NCBI RefSeq assembly: GCF_963921235.1
Contig: NC_086108.1
Span: forward strand, 81,036,001 to 81,100,000
DNA from: Mobula hypostoma
Taxonomy: Eukaryota
Length of the DNA: 64,000 nucleotides
Direction of reading: 5' to 3'
Part shown: positions 12,780-25,278 of the stretch, piece by piece
Layout: the number at the start of each line of letters is the position of its first letter
How positions within the stretch are numbered: the first letter of the stretch is position 1
The notes under the pieces: model-generated
The model's input: only the letters and a program-made list of their open reading frames with translations
What the model was told of the DNA's origin: nothing
Database searches by the model: none
Translations under genes and position numbers: made by a program

Positions 12780-13400
12780 GCCCAAAGAATAGTCACAGCG
12801 TCCAATAGGGCGCCTGCACTGAAGTCACGGTGCACCAGTCATCCAATCACCGATAAGGCGGGTCCCACGTGAGTGACGTCCACATGGCGGGTAATTCAAA
12901 AAAATTCGTGGCCTCATTACGCATGTACCATTCGCCATCCAACAGCCGGCTAGTTCGTTTCCTGTTCTGATTAAAATATGGTCCTCACGAAAAGAAAAAA
13001 AGCCAAAGAGCTACCCGAGACAAACCTCTTCCCAACATCCCAACAGAATCAGGGTCGAACAGAATTCACCGTCGGCAATATCCCTTCAGTTAGAAAATAA
13101 CACCTTACCATTGCTGCGTTGGATTTTTACAATAAGACCCACTCTCAGCCTCGCAAAATTTTCAGCCATCCTTTCACAGCGTGAATTAAAATCACACAGT
13201 CTGCGACTTCAGCCGCCGCCAAACCGAACAACTTTCAAAACAGAGCCCGCCTAGATTCGGCGAATGAGCATGCGTTGCAGTGACGTCACAGACGCAGCAA
13301 ACGTAATAGAAACCCTTAAAGAGACAATTAAACATCCGGTGACGTCACGGAGTAGTGAGCGAGTTAGCTAATGGTAGACCTGGCAAGTTGTGCCTTTAAC
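12780..13400. promoter_or_regulatory. CpG-island promoter of KIF2C, possibly bidirectional
   Basis: CpG-rich unique DNA. Full CRE palindromes GTGACGTCAC at 13280-13289 and 13339-13348; NRF1-like GCATGCG 13268-13274; minus-strand GGCGGG (13246-13251) followed by CHR TTTGAA (13234-13239) upstream of the ATG; CCAAT at 12802 and 12843; E-box CACGTG 12866. Confidence 0.8.
13109..13169 (-). CDS. KIF2C: First coding exon of a kinesin-13 gene, most likely KIF2C (MCAK); remaining exons not found, probably left of the window
   Basis: Minus strand: good-context ATG (gaaaggATGG) encodes MAENFARLRVGLIVKIQRSN+G, then donor G|GTAAGG in phase 1. Resembles the human KIF2C N-terminus (ARLFPGLAIKIQRSNG) more than KIF2A (NFGKIQIGIYVEIKRSDG). 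Lies in the window's only clear non-repeat CpG island. Confidence 0.8.
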
Positions 13401-13506
13401 TTTGTTACAAACATTTTCTATTCCATCCAGCGGGGAAAAGACCTGTTATGGCCATTCCAGGACGTATTAAAGTCCTTTCCTACAAATGAAATACAATCAT
13501 TAATGA

Positions 13507-14050
13507 TCAAAGTTCAAAGCAAAATTTAATTATCAGGGTACATACATGTCACTATGATACAACGCTGAGATTATTTTTCCTGCGGGCATACTCAGCAAAT
13601 CAGTAAATATAGAACAGTAAATGTAAACAGAATCAAAGAGCAAGACAAAATGTGCAAATGCAAATAAAAATAAATAGTAATAAATCACCAGAGCATGAAA
13701 TAACAAGATAAAGAGTCCTTAAACTGAGAGTATTGTTTGTGGGAACATCTCAATAGACGTGTAGTTATCCTCTTTTGTTCAAGAGCCTGATGGCAGACAG
13801 GTAGTAACTGTTCTTGAATCTGGTGGTGCGAGTCCTAAGTCATTTGTACCTTCTACCTGATGGCACCAGTGAGAAAAGAGCATGGCCTGGGTGGTAAGGA
13901 TCTTTGACGATGGATGCTGCTTTTCTATGACAGCGTTTCATGTAGATGTGCTCAATGGTTGGGGGGTGGCTTTACCTGTGATGTACTGGGCTGAACCTAC
14001 TAACTTTTGTTGGATTTTCTGTTCAAAGACATTGATGTTCCCATACTAGG
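13507..14050 (-). mobile_element. Rex1/Babar LINE 3' end immediately flanking the promoter
   Basis: Same 3' UTR and ORF end as 550-1275 (gtagtaactgttcttgaatctggtggtgcgag). Confidence 0.75.
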
Positions 14051-14877
14051 CAACTTGCATAGAGTTAACTACTTTAGTATCAATGTGTTAACCTGATGTG
14101 TTTTTTGTAATTATGTGGAGGATCAGAAAAAGTTATACACTTAGATATTTTGATTGATATTAAAAATATTAAATACAAGTAAGTTCCCGAATAAAGAAAA
14201 CATATCAAAATACTTGTGTAATTAGTTAAAATATTTATAAAGGAAGCAACATTGTCACTTGTACTTATAATGAATTTTCTATTTTGATTATATATTTGAA
14301 GGCAGGAGTACAGTAAAACAAGGGCTGAGGAAACAATGAGTTCAAATTTATAGGCTCTTCAGGAGTCTTCAGTCTGAAATGTTAATTCTGGTTCTTTTTC
14401 CTCACATGTTAAGTGTTTCCAATATTTTCTGATCTCACTTCAGAAAATCCAGCACCTGCAACTTTTTTTTTGATATTTACAAGCAAAGTTTTCCAGAGAT
14501 ATAAAAAAAAGGATTTCCAGCTGGGCAGCTGGGTTGCTCTCTAAGTGTATATACTGTTTACATTTCAGAGGGGATTCCTGCTGTTGACAGGAGTGATCAC
14601 TATGTGGCTTGAGACAAATGTGAGTGAGCCGTAACATTTTAAGAACAGAAACATAAGACAAATTCAGAGGCATGAGACACTGTTTGAAAATGATCAGAGC
14701 ACATGAATAGCCGTTGAAATCTAGAAGGGGCTGCAGGATTGAGTTGAAACCATGGGAAACTGCTCATACCTTCAGAAGATTCCGTGAAGCTAACTTTGAC
14801 AGTTGTAAGAAAAAGTCGAAGTGACTCTGAAGCAGAAAGTCCTAACAGAAGGTGATGGAGGAAAAACAGATTAAGAC

Positions 14878-17714
14878 AATCAGAGCAATCAGAATTGGGT
14901 TTATTATTACCGGCATGTGTCGTGAAATTTGTTAACTTAGCAGCAGCGGTTCAATGCAATACATAAAATAGAAGAAAAACAAATAAATAAAATAATAATA
15001 ATAATCATAAATAAGTAAATCAATTATAGTGTACATATATTGAATAGATTAAAAATTGTGCAAAAACAAAACAGTAGATTAGTACCCAAGATGGAGCTGA
15101 CTAAATTTGCAACCCTCTGCAGCTTCTTTCGGTCCTGTGCAGTAGCCCCCCTACACCCCACCATACCAGACAGTGATGCAGCCTGTCAGAATGCCCTCCA
15201 TGGTACATCTATAGAAGTTTTTGAGTGTATTTGTTGACATTCCAAATCCCTTCAAACTCCTAATGAAGTATAGTCACTGTCTTGCCTTCTTTATAGCTGC
15301 ATTGATATGTTGGGACCAGGTTAGATACTCAGAGATCTTGACACCCAGGAACTTGAAACTGCTCACTCTTTCCACTTCTGATCCCTCTGTGAGGATTGGT
15401 ATGTGTCCTTCGTCTTACCCTTCCTGAAGTCTACAATCAGCTCTTTCGTCTTACTGACGTTGAGTGCCAGGTTGTTGCTGCAACAACCACTAGTTGGCAT
15501 ATCTCACTCCTGTACACCCTCTCGTCACCACCTGGGATTCTACCAACAATGGTTGTATCATCAGCAAATTCATAGATGGTATTTGAGCTATGCCTAGCCA
15601 CACAATCATGGGTATATAGAGAGTAGAGCAGTGGGCTAAGCACACACCCCCGAGGTGCACCAGTGTTGATCGTCAGCGTGAGGGAGTTGTTATCACCAAT
15701 CCGCACAGATTGTGGTCTTCCGGTTAGGATGTCAAGGATCTAATTGCAGAGGGAGGTACAGAGGCCCAAGTTCTGCAACTTGTCAATCAGGATTGTGGGA
15801 ATGATGGTATTAAATGCTGAGTTATAGTTGATGAACGGCATCCTGTCCAGGTAGTCTAAAGTCGTGTGGAGAGCCATTGAGATTGCATCTAACATTGACC
15901 TATTGTGGCGATAGGCAAATTGCAATGTGTCCAGGTCCTTGCTGAGCTAGGAGTTCAGTCTAGACATGACCAACCTCTCAAAGCATTTCATCATTGTAGA
16001 TGAGAGTGCTACCGGGCAATAGTCATTAAGGCAGTTCACATTATTCTTCTTAGGCACTGGTATAATTGTTGCCTATCTGAAGCAAGTGGGAACTTCTGCC
16101 TGTAGCAGTGAGAGGTTGAAAATGTCCTTGAATACTCCTGCCAGTTGGTTGGCACAGGTATTCAGAGCCTTACCAGGTACTCCATCGGGACCTTCCACCT
16201 TGGGAAGGTTCACTGTCTTTAAAAACAGCCTAACATCGGCCTCTGAGACAGAGATCACAGGGTCATCAGGTGCAGCAGGGATCTTCACAGTTGTAGTTAT
16301 ATTCTCCCTTTCAAAGCGTGCATAGAAGGCATTGAGTTCATCTGGTTGTGAAGCATTGCTGTCATTCATGTAATTGGGTTTCGCTTTGTAGGAAGTAATG
16401 TCTTGCAGACTCTGCCAGAGTTGTCGTACATCTGATGTCGTCTCCAACCTCGTTCAAAATTGTCTCTTCGCCCTTGAAATAGCCCTCCGCAAATCATACC
16501 TGGTTTTCTGGTACAGGCCTGCATCGCCAGACTTAAATGCCACAGATCTAGCCTTCAGCAGATAACATACCTCCTGGTTTATCCACGGCTTTTGGTTTGG
16601 GAATGTACAGTAAGTCTTTGTGGGCACACACTCATCCACACAGGTTTTAATGAAGTCGGTAACAACTGCAGTATACTCATCCAGGTTCGAAGATGAATCC
16701 CTGAATACAGTCCAGTCCACTGATTCAAAGCAGTCCTACAGGCAATCCTGTGCTTCCCTTGTCCAAACCTTCTTGGTCCTCACTGCTGGTGCTGCAGTCT
16801 TCAGTCTCTGCCCATACTCAGGGAGTAGAAGTACAGCCAGGTGATCAGACTTTCCAAAGTGAGGGCATGGAATAGTATGGTAGGCATTCTCGATGGTGGT
16901 GTAGCAATGGTCCAGTGTGTTGTTTCCTCTAGTATTGCAAGTGATCTGTTGATGGTAATTGCTGAGTGATTTTTCAGACTGGCCTGGTTAAAATCTCCCA
17001 GAATGATGGTGAAGGTGTTAGAGTGCGCTGGTTCATGCATGTTAATCCCATTGCTCAGATCATTTAAAGCTCGATTGACATTAGCCTGAGATAGAATGTA
17101 TACTGCTACCAAAATGACCCCGGAGAACTCCCACTGTAAGTAAAAAGGACGGCTTAACTGCTAGATATTCCAGGTCTGGTGAGCAGAATTGGGACAGCAC
17201 TGATACATTTGTGCACAAAGAAGTGTTGATCATGAGGCATACTCCTCCACATCTGCTTTTGAGAGACTCTATTGATCTATCCCGACGGTGTATAGTAAAC
17301 CCGTCGATCTGAATCACTGCATCCATTATGGAAGGGCTTAACCAGGATTCCGTGAAACGAAGGACACACGCGGTCCGAATGTCCCTACACCCTAGCTCTG
17401 AGATCATTGATTTTATTCACCAGACACTGCACGTTTGCCAGCGAGATAGTCGGTATTGGGAGTTTAAAACCCTGTTCCCTTAAACACACTGTGTCTCTGA
17501 TCTGCAGCCACCCCACTGTTGTTTCCATCAGTTTTATACAGCAATAGTTCATTTTAACGCATTAAGACATCTTTGTTGACTGTACTGACCTTGTGCTTTT
17601 TAGCTGTATCAGGCTGAAATGAGAATATTTAATCATATCCATTGAGAGTACTGCTGCTACCCGAGTCGCCCCTAGGCACTCCGAAAGTTCGCCTCAGACC
17701 GTGACAACGATCTT
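14878..17714 (-). mobile_element. Near full-length Rex1/Babar LINE (AP endonuclease + RT), frameshifted, with a 3' internal deletion
   Basis: Colinear ORFs: 17081..17407 (FTESWL, EN), 16801..17112 (ILGDFN), 16454..16720, 16073..16447 (GPDGVPG), 15740..15925 (QFAYRHNRS), 15437..15706 ([25 protein letters not shown]); tail at 14878-14896. Confidence 0.9.
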
Positions 17715-17929
17715 TATTTTAACCCTAACCTCTGGTGGGGACTAGGTGCTACTTACCTACAGTCTCAGTAACTCAATCATTTCCCTCCCTGAATCACCTA
17801 CCTTTCCAGTTTCCTCTGCTTGTTGAATGCACAATTTAACTATCATCTCTTTAATCAAGTCTTTATCTTCTTTTGTGCAGAATTCAATTTTGTTCTTAGC
17901 AGGGTTGTGCTTATAAAAATTGGTAAGAT

Positions 17930-18062
17930 AGGAGAATTGAGGGTTATGGGGAAAAGGCAGGTAGGTGGAGATGAGTCCTTGGTCAGATCAGCCATGACCT
18001 TATTGAATGGTGGAGCAGGCTCTACGGGCCAGCTGGCCTACTCCTGCTCCTGTTTCTTATGT
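17930..18062 (+). mobile_element. CR1 3' tail fragment
   Basis: Reverse complement of the tail at 3345-3480 (ggggaaaaggcaggtaggtggag..ctcctgctcct). Confidence 0.8.
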
Positions 18063-18273
18063 AAGATGGAAAGGAAGACTTATGAAGGGACAATAGGATA
18101 AGTCACTCACCAGTTGCAGAGTCCTGCAGGTGCCATCTGAACATCCATAGCAGCAGAGAAAGCTTTTGTAAATTGTCCCTAGAATCAGTGACTATCAGGA
18201 GAATCAGAAGAAGGGTTTAATTGATGGATATACAAGAGGAAATATGTTCAAGGTTCAAGGTAAATTTATTATC

Positions 18274-21200
18274 TATTGTGCTCGTTAATGAGGGACAATG
18301 CAGAGTCCACTCCAGCACAGCATTACACAGGATATTCAAATGAACTTTATTGATAACTCTGCTTGTACAGTGTGGCTAACTGAGTGGCATAGGATTAACC
18401 TATTAACTACCACACCATCTCCGCTACTTGAAAAAGAAGAAAAACTCAATATCTAATTCTTGTCCATAGAACATTCCACCTCAACATTCCTTGAGTAGTA
18501 ATCCACAGTGAAAAGATGTTTGTCTCTCTCTTGCTCAAAAATGTCTGTGCCTGCAATTTGCCATGGGAAATCTGGGAATTCTGTAGACAGAGAGGTTCAG
18601 CCTGATTTTTGTGCAGTTTTCTGCATGCTTCACATAATCTCCCAGCTGTGTGCTCAGACCAGGTCACTACATCATTGCCTTGCTGTTAGGTGACATTTTT
18701 TGATGCCTGGATGTCTTTGGTGGATTTGACTGATGATTTTAGCATGTACAGAAGCAGGAATGACACGTCTGGAGCCCTTTACCAGCACACCATTAAGAAT
18801 GGTGAGTCTGTCTCTTACAAGCTAGTAAGGTCTAAGTTTGTGAGCTCCTTTTGGAACTACTTGCCATCCATGTTCACAGTATTGAATGACCTTGCTGCAG
18901 ATTTGGTCCTTTTCAAGTCAGCTTTAATTTCATCCAGTTTACTCTGTAATGCAGGAAAGCTTTCACATACCTGAAGTAAGTAGATATTGGTATCTTCCAT
19001 GAGGGTAGAGTCAGCTTCCGTCACCTTACTGTGCATGGCATCCTCAACAGAGTGTCTGGTATTGAGAAAGATTTGTTAGGGACATGTTCAATATCAAAAC
19101 AGTATTGCATAAGCCTCATACTGAAATTTTGCAGACATGGGGGTAAGTCACCCAAGTTTTTCAAGCTGAGGAGGCTGACAAACGCCATGTGGTCTGTTTC
19201 AAGTAGGAATTTAGTGCCTATCAAGGAGCAGCTGAAGCATTCACAAGCCTGCATTAGAGCCAGTGTCTCCTTTTCATAGGGTGTAACAATGCTCCTGATG
19301 CATATGCCATCGGTTTCCATACGCCACTGCAGTGTTGCGTGAGCACTCTCCCAAAAGCAAAGGAAGAGACTTCTGCTGAGATCTTGGTTGCTTTGTTCGG
19401 ATCAAAGGATGACAATATTGGTGGAGAGATAAGCTCTGCTTTAAGTGATGAGAGTGACTTCTCCTGTGGTGCATCCCAGGTCCAAACATTCATAGAGGAG
19501 GTCATTTAGTGGCTTTATTTTCTTTGCCAAACCAGCTGGTTTACCATGCCAAGGAACTGCAGATCTCTAATACGTTCATAGGTTGTTCTATGTTCTGACC
19601 TATAAGACCGTAAGACATAGGAGCAGAAGAAGGCTATTCAGCCCATCGAGTCTGCTCCACCATTCAATCATGGGCTCATCCAATTCTTCCAGTCATCCCC
19701 ACTCCCTTGCTTTCTCCCCATACCCTTTGATGCCCTGGCTAACCAAGAACCTATCTACCTCTGCCTTAAATACACCTAATGACTTGGCCTCCATGGCTGC
19801 TTGGGGCAACAAATTCCACAGATTTACCACCCTCTGACTAAAGTAATCTCTCCACATCTCCTGTTCTAAATGGACGTCCTTCAATCCTGAAGTCCTAGAC
19901 TCTCCTACCATGGGAAATAACTTTGCCATATTTAATTTGTTCAGGTCTTTTAACATTCGGACTGTTTCTATGAGATCCCCCCTCATTTTCCTGAACTCCA
20001 GGGAATACTGTCCAAGAGCTGCCAGAATTTCTCATATACTAACCCTTTCATTCTTGGAATCATTCTCGTGAATCTTCTCTGAACTCCTCCAACGTCAGTA
20101 TATCCTTTCAAAACTGCACACAATACTCCAAGTGTGGCCTCAAGAATGCCTTATAGAGCCTCAACATCACATCACAGAGCTCTTTGACAAGGAGTGGAGA
20201 CTTGCTGCATCTCCTGCAACTGGACATTTTATCTGCTCTTTGTTTCACTTGTCCTTCTTTCTTTGCGTTTTGCTCTTCTGCACCTCTTTTGTAGTTTTTC
20301 TGCCTGCATCTTGTTTGTACCCTTTTTTTTAGTAGCTTCTAGCTTTAGCTCAGCATTGCTTTCATGCCTGAGTTCTGCCTATTGCTGACAAACATTCTCA
20401 CTCTGCCTGACCATAGTAATAGATTTCTCTAGTATAAGATTTGCCTGCAACTGAAGTCTCACTGACAATTTGGTGTCCAGTAGCCCGACAGCAATCTTGC
20501 CTCTAATGAGCTCATCTCTCAGATTTCCATATACATAGTTGTCTGACAGGGCATACAATGCTGTGATGGAGTAATTTACACTTTCATCTGGCTCCTGTTT
20601 TCTGGATTTGAACTTTCCCTTTTCTCTTTCCTGTGAAATATTCTTTGAATTTATCCCGCACTGTTTTGTACTCCTTCTCCTGAGCATCTGTCAATCCTAA
20701 TTCCCCCTTCATATCATCTGCTTTGTCCCTCGTGGAGTATACCTGGTGCCTGAGTGAGATTGCTTGCAACCCAAAATCTCCCAAGGCATCTGAGCTATCT
20801 CTCAAAGTCCCCTGGTTTAGGAAAATCAAATGTCTCAGGGGCTTTATTAAGTAAGTAGATGTAGGTACTCCAGGTATTTGCTCCATTTTCCTGTTTGCTT
20901 GTTCATTTATTATTTTATTTATTTGGATTACAAAAGTCCTCTTTTCTCTTCTTGAGAGTTTGACTGACTTCTCCAATTTCTCTGCTGTGGCTCTGTCTCT
21001 GTGCACTTCCCCAGGCTAGTGGCCCACAGATTATTACAATGTATTCACTTTGGATGTAGCTCAGAGGTGTTGCCTAGCAACCCTGGCCAGTTCTCAGTTC
21101 ATGCACATACAGTTAGCAAATAGCATAAGCAATGCAGCTTGATAAGACTTTGGACATTTTTCATCAAGAGCAGTCTTACTGTAAATTCTTTCTTGTTGGG

Positions 21201-21403
21201 AATCTCCTTCAGTCTGTAGCCCAAATTCATTGATGATCAACCACTGCTGTGTTCAAGGGAGAGTACAGAGCACACTAGGATGCCAGCATGTAGGATATTC
21301 AACTGAACTTTATTGATAACTTTGCTTGTACAATATGTGAACTCCTCTCATGTGGGTGTGGCTAACTGAATGGCAGAGGATTAATTTAGTAACTAACACA
21401 AGA
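18274..21403 (-). mobile_element. Internally deleted Ty3/Gypsy LTR retrotransposon with both degenerate LTRs
   Basis: Similar LTRs at about 18274-18414 and 21249-21403 (ggatattcaa.tgaactttattgataact); 5-bp TSD TTATC (18269-18273, 21404-21408); gag (20379..20687, ITALYALSDNYVYGNLRDELIRGKIAVG) and RT/RNase H (19021..19505, EKETLALMQACE..LETDH). Confidence 0.85.
19600..20172 (-). mobile_element. CR1 3' fragment nested in the Gypsy element
   Basis: ORF 19693..19986 (MRGDLIETVRMLK..FSQRVVNLWN); ataagacc-type tail. Confidence 0.9.
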
Positions 21404-21777
21404 TTATCAAAGTACATAAATGTCATCATATATTACCCTGAGATTCATTTTCTTGCCAGCATTCACAGTAATTTAAAAAAAAACACAATAAAATTGAAAA
21501 CAAAGACGGACCAACAACCAATGTACAAAAGACAGCAAATTATGCAAATACAAAAAGAAACAAGCCAAAATAATAATTAAATAAAAATGTAATAAATATT
21601 GAGTTGTAGATATGGGAGATTTGTACAAATATGTGCATGATCACCACTACCAACAGGTGGGTTGTAACTGTACAACTGTTTAAAATGGAGCCGGGTCTTG
21701 ATTGGATGGTTGTAGAAAAAAATATTTCCTCTTATGTTTGATCCTAAAGAACAAAGGATCACTGGTTCAATATAGAG

Positions 21778-21850
21778 CAGGGGTTCCCAACTTGGAGTTA
21801 ATAGACCTCTTGCTTAATGGTCCCTGGCATAAAAAAGTTAGGGATCCCTC
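21778..21850. mobile_element. Tiny hAT-type MITE within an old CR1 fragment
   Basis: TIR-like ends caggggttcccaact / agttagggatccct; homologous to 40628-40703. Confidence 0.55.
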
Positions 21851-22284
21851 GATACAGAAGGTCATTCATTTAAGAAAGAGGTTTGACAAAATCTTTTCTC
21901 TCAGATGCTTGTGAGTCTTTGGAACTCTTCCTCAAAAGACAGTGGATGCAGAGTCTGTTATAGACACTATTTAAATCAGTAGGGGCCTTTTTTTATGACA
22001 GAGCTTTGCTAAGGGCAGCTTTGCTAACTGCCCTTCATTCTTTTGTTTCAAATATTTAACAGATTTTCCCTTCAACGATACAACTATTTCCTGCTTCTTT
22101 CATTCCATGGCATTGAATGGATTAAAGTTATCACCTCTCTGATGATCTGGAAGATAATAAAAAACATGGAAAGCACTATCTTACTTCACATGTTTTCTCT
22201 ATCCATCATCATTTGATGAGCTCAGGATTTGCATTAGCGTTTGATGGCCATGAGAGGGCAAAAGGCACCTGCTCTAAATATATA

Positions 22285-22405
22285 AACACAAGAGAATGTG
22301 CAGATACTGGAAATCCAAGTAATACACACAAAATACTACAGGAACTCAGCAGGTCAGGCAGCACCAAAAGAAATTAATCAACATTTGATGTTTTGGGCTG
22401 AGACA
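22285..22405 (-). repeat. Penelope-like element 3' (pLTR) fragment
   Basis: Reverse complement of the abundant gatgctgcctgacctgctgagttcctccagcattttgtgtgt motif. Confidence 0.7.
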
Positions 22406-22669
22406 CAACCTGGTTTTAATACCGGGCTGTGAGGTAACCTGTCAACATATTCTCCACTGACATCTTTTGAAGTTTGTCGAAGTTTTAAATGACGTACCAA
22501 ATCTTCGCAAATGTCTAAGAAAGTAGAGGCATGTTATGGTTTCATCATAATGGCACTATGTGCTGGATCGAGAACAGGTCCTCAGAAATGATAAAACCAA
22601 GGAATTTAAAGTTGTTGACATTCTCCACCTTTGATTCCCTGATTAAGAATGGTTCACGGATCTCCAGTG

Positions 22670-23660
22670 GCACAGGTAGTTCAGCCATATATACAAGGCA
22701 GATATTTTGGCTTTTTACATAGTTGAGATGATCCAGTGACGAATTTCTCAGGTAATTCCATTTATGTTCCAATGTTTTAGGTGGCTATTAAGAAAAGATT
22801 ATCAGACAAAGTACCAGTATTCACATCTGAGATGGTTGCTATCATTTAAACCTTGTACCAGGATGAAAAAATACGCCCTGATTATGACTTCTGAGCTTTG
22901 ATTCGTTCTTGGTTTTGACATCTATTAAGATAGGTACTTCAAGTTGTAGGCCAAACATACTTATTGAGATTGGACAACAGTTGTTGAGGCTTCAGCATCT
23001 AGGCTTGTGCATCTAGTTCTTATGGGTGCCTTCCCGTACTGGGATTGAAGGAAATAAGGTGACAGGCACTCTAGCACGGCAATCACTTAAAATTAAGGAT
23101 GTAGATGTAGCGGTACCTTTGCATAAAGAGGAGGTGAAAGCCAAAACTAAAAAGTCTATTTGATCACTGTGGCAACAAAGCTGGGATAAGGAAAAGAAAG
23201 GATGACATTATTATAAAGTTCGGAGGATGGTGGGAGCTCAGCTGGGAGATGGTATAGGGTGAGGGAAGAAGTTACACTTATAGGTTTAGATATTGGACAT
23301 ACCAGGTTGAATAATTCTTTGTTCAGAATTAATATGCATGATACGGGCATTTGTAGGGAGTGAACTTGTCAAGAAATGGTGCAACATATATTGTTTCAAT
23401 ACAACTTCTATGAGGTGTAAAGGAAACATCTAATTGCTAAATTGAGATCTTTGGGATAGACACAGTTTAACATGGAAAGTTTTTTGGGATATCACTGCCA
23501 TCATAATGTATGTAAGTGTGTATTTGACTTTCTGAAAAGCATTAGACTTTTTGATATTAGTTGAGTTTTTTGAGTGGACATACTTCCTGTATCTTTGTAA
23601 TATACCTAATGCTGGTTTGCCAACTGCCATTAAACTTTACAAGAAGAATAAAAAGATGAA
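22670..23660 (+). mobile_element. Degenerate RNase H-containing LINE 3' part (I group / Nimb-like)
   Basis: Decayed translation includes VAIKKRLSDKVPVFTSEMVAI, FLWVPSRTGIEGNK (RNase H) and LDIGHTRLNNSLFRINMHDTGICREC..EMVQHILF (CCHC knuckle region); AAG-rich tail near 23641-23661. Confidence 0.65.
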
Positions 23661-24884
23661 GTCGCCAACAGTGATTTAAAAGGTTAGACAGTTCCTTGTT
23701 TGCTGAAGGAGGTATGTAAACTGTAGTCAGGATCATGAAAGAGAACTCTCTTGGTATGTATAATGGTTGGCACTTAATCATTAGAGGTTCTAGCCGAGAT
23801 TCAAGAGCGTGTCAAGACTGCTACAGCTGAGCACCACAAAGAGTTTTTGTTTTCTTCTAGATTATGTATTGCATTGAACTGCTGCTGCTAAGTTAACAAA
23901 TTTCACGACACATGCCGGTGATAATAAACCTGACTCTGATTCTGATTCTGAAACACAGACCCCCACCTTTTGCCTTCTCTGAATCAGGTGTCCAGTCCAT
24001 CCTGTGTGTCAAGAAGTCCTCAGGTCTTACCAAGGTATCCAGCAAGATCCTCCAGCATTTTGTGTGTGTTGCTCGAATTTCCAGCATCTGCAGACTTTCT
24101 CTTGTTTGTGATTCAGATAATGTATATTTTTCTAAAAAATATTTTAATTTTTACATTCATTTATGAAATGCGGATGTTATTGGTTAGGCCACTAGTTACT
24201 GCACATCCCTACTTGGCCCTGAGATGTGTTCTTGCTGTTCTTATGATATAAAGGTTTTGTGCAATAAAAAGATCTCCATGTTTGGTCATTAACATGAATG
24301 CCTGTTGGACGAAGCATAAGAATCTCTAGTTTTCAATGGTTTCCTGAAATCTATGTAAAGTAAAACAGAAAAGAGGTTTGATTCTTCATGAAATATCCTG
24401 CACATTATCTCTCCTTCATTGCATCATACCAGGTTTTTTTTGGTATCTTACATTTATTTTCACTAATACTGAGAAAAGCAGTTTATGACTGAGTGACAAG
24501 TGTTAAATGCTCAACTGCCAAGTTGTGTGGAATTGACCTTTGGCCTGTGATAAGATATTGAAATGTCAGAGATCTTGTTCATTATTACATTAATGGTGGT
24601 CACTGGCAGGATGAAGAATTCTGAGAATGAAATTTTCTTTATTATCTAGACTGGTTTATGTCAGGCAGTGCACAATGTTCCTCCTTTTGAATGTTACTCT
24701 ATGGCACATTACAAATGTTTTTAAATCTTAGCAATTTAACTACCTTCTCCCTTCTCTTATGTTACTGAACAATTTTGCACTTCATTGGTACTGTGATTGA
24801 AATAAAGTATTTCAGATGACTAAAGTAAAATGCTTACACTTCATCAGTGTTATCCTATAAGGATCAATGTTGGAATATTGACAT

Positions 24885-25056
24885 TTGGTTGGCATCTGTC
24901 TGTCTCGAAGGACAATGGGTGATGCTGATGGTCATCACAAGCATGGGCAGAAGGTATGGAGATCCTGAGATGCCCAGTCGTCAAGATCCCCCTCTTGGCC
25001 TCACCAGCATAGCCCAAAGGAAAGCTTATGAAAAAAAACATTTGGCACCAGCTTAG
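24885..25056 (-). mobile_element. Truncated RTE-derived non-autonomous element
   Basis: gttggcatctgtctgtctcgaag..caaaggaaagc..tttggcaccagc resembles RTE/BovB-like termini; cut off abruptly at 25056. Confidence 0.45.
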
Positions 25057-25057
25057 C

Positions 25058-25278
25058 TAATTAGGTGCCGCCTGGTACGTAAATGTTGGCCCAGATCAGA
25101 GGCGATTGCCGATTGCATCACCTCTGATCTGGGGCAGCATTTATGTGCCGGGCGGCACCTAATTAATTAGCTTGTTTATTTCGGCCTTTTTCTTAAAGAT
25201 GTGCTGGGTGCTTCCTGGCCACCGCTGTATTCTTCACGGCAATGTATCGGTCTGCGGCCTGGAGGTTGGGGACCACTG
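25058..25278. mobile_element. Right part of a hAT MITE with a long internal palindrome
   Basis: 49-bp inverted arms (25058-25106 and 25117-25165, 6 mismatches); ends in TIR ggttggggaccactg at 25278; left TIR absent. Confidence 0.65.
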
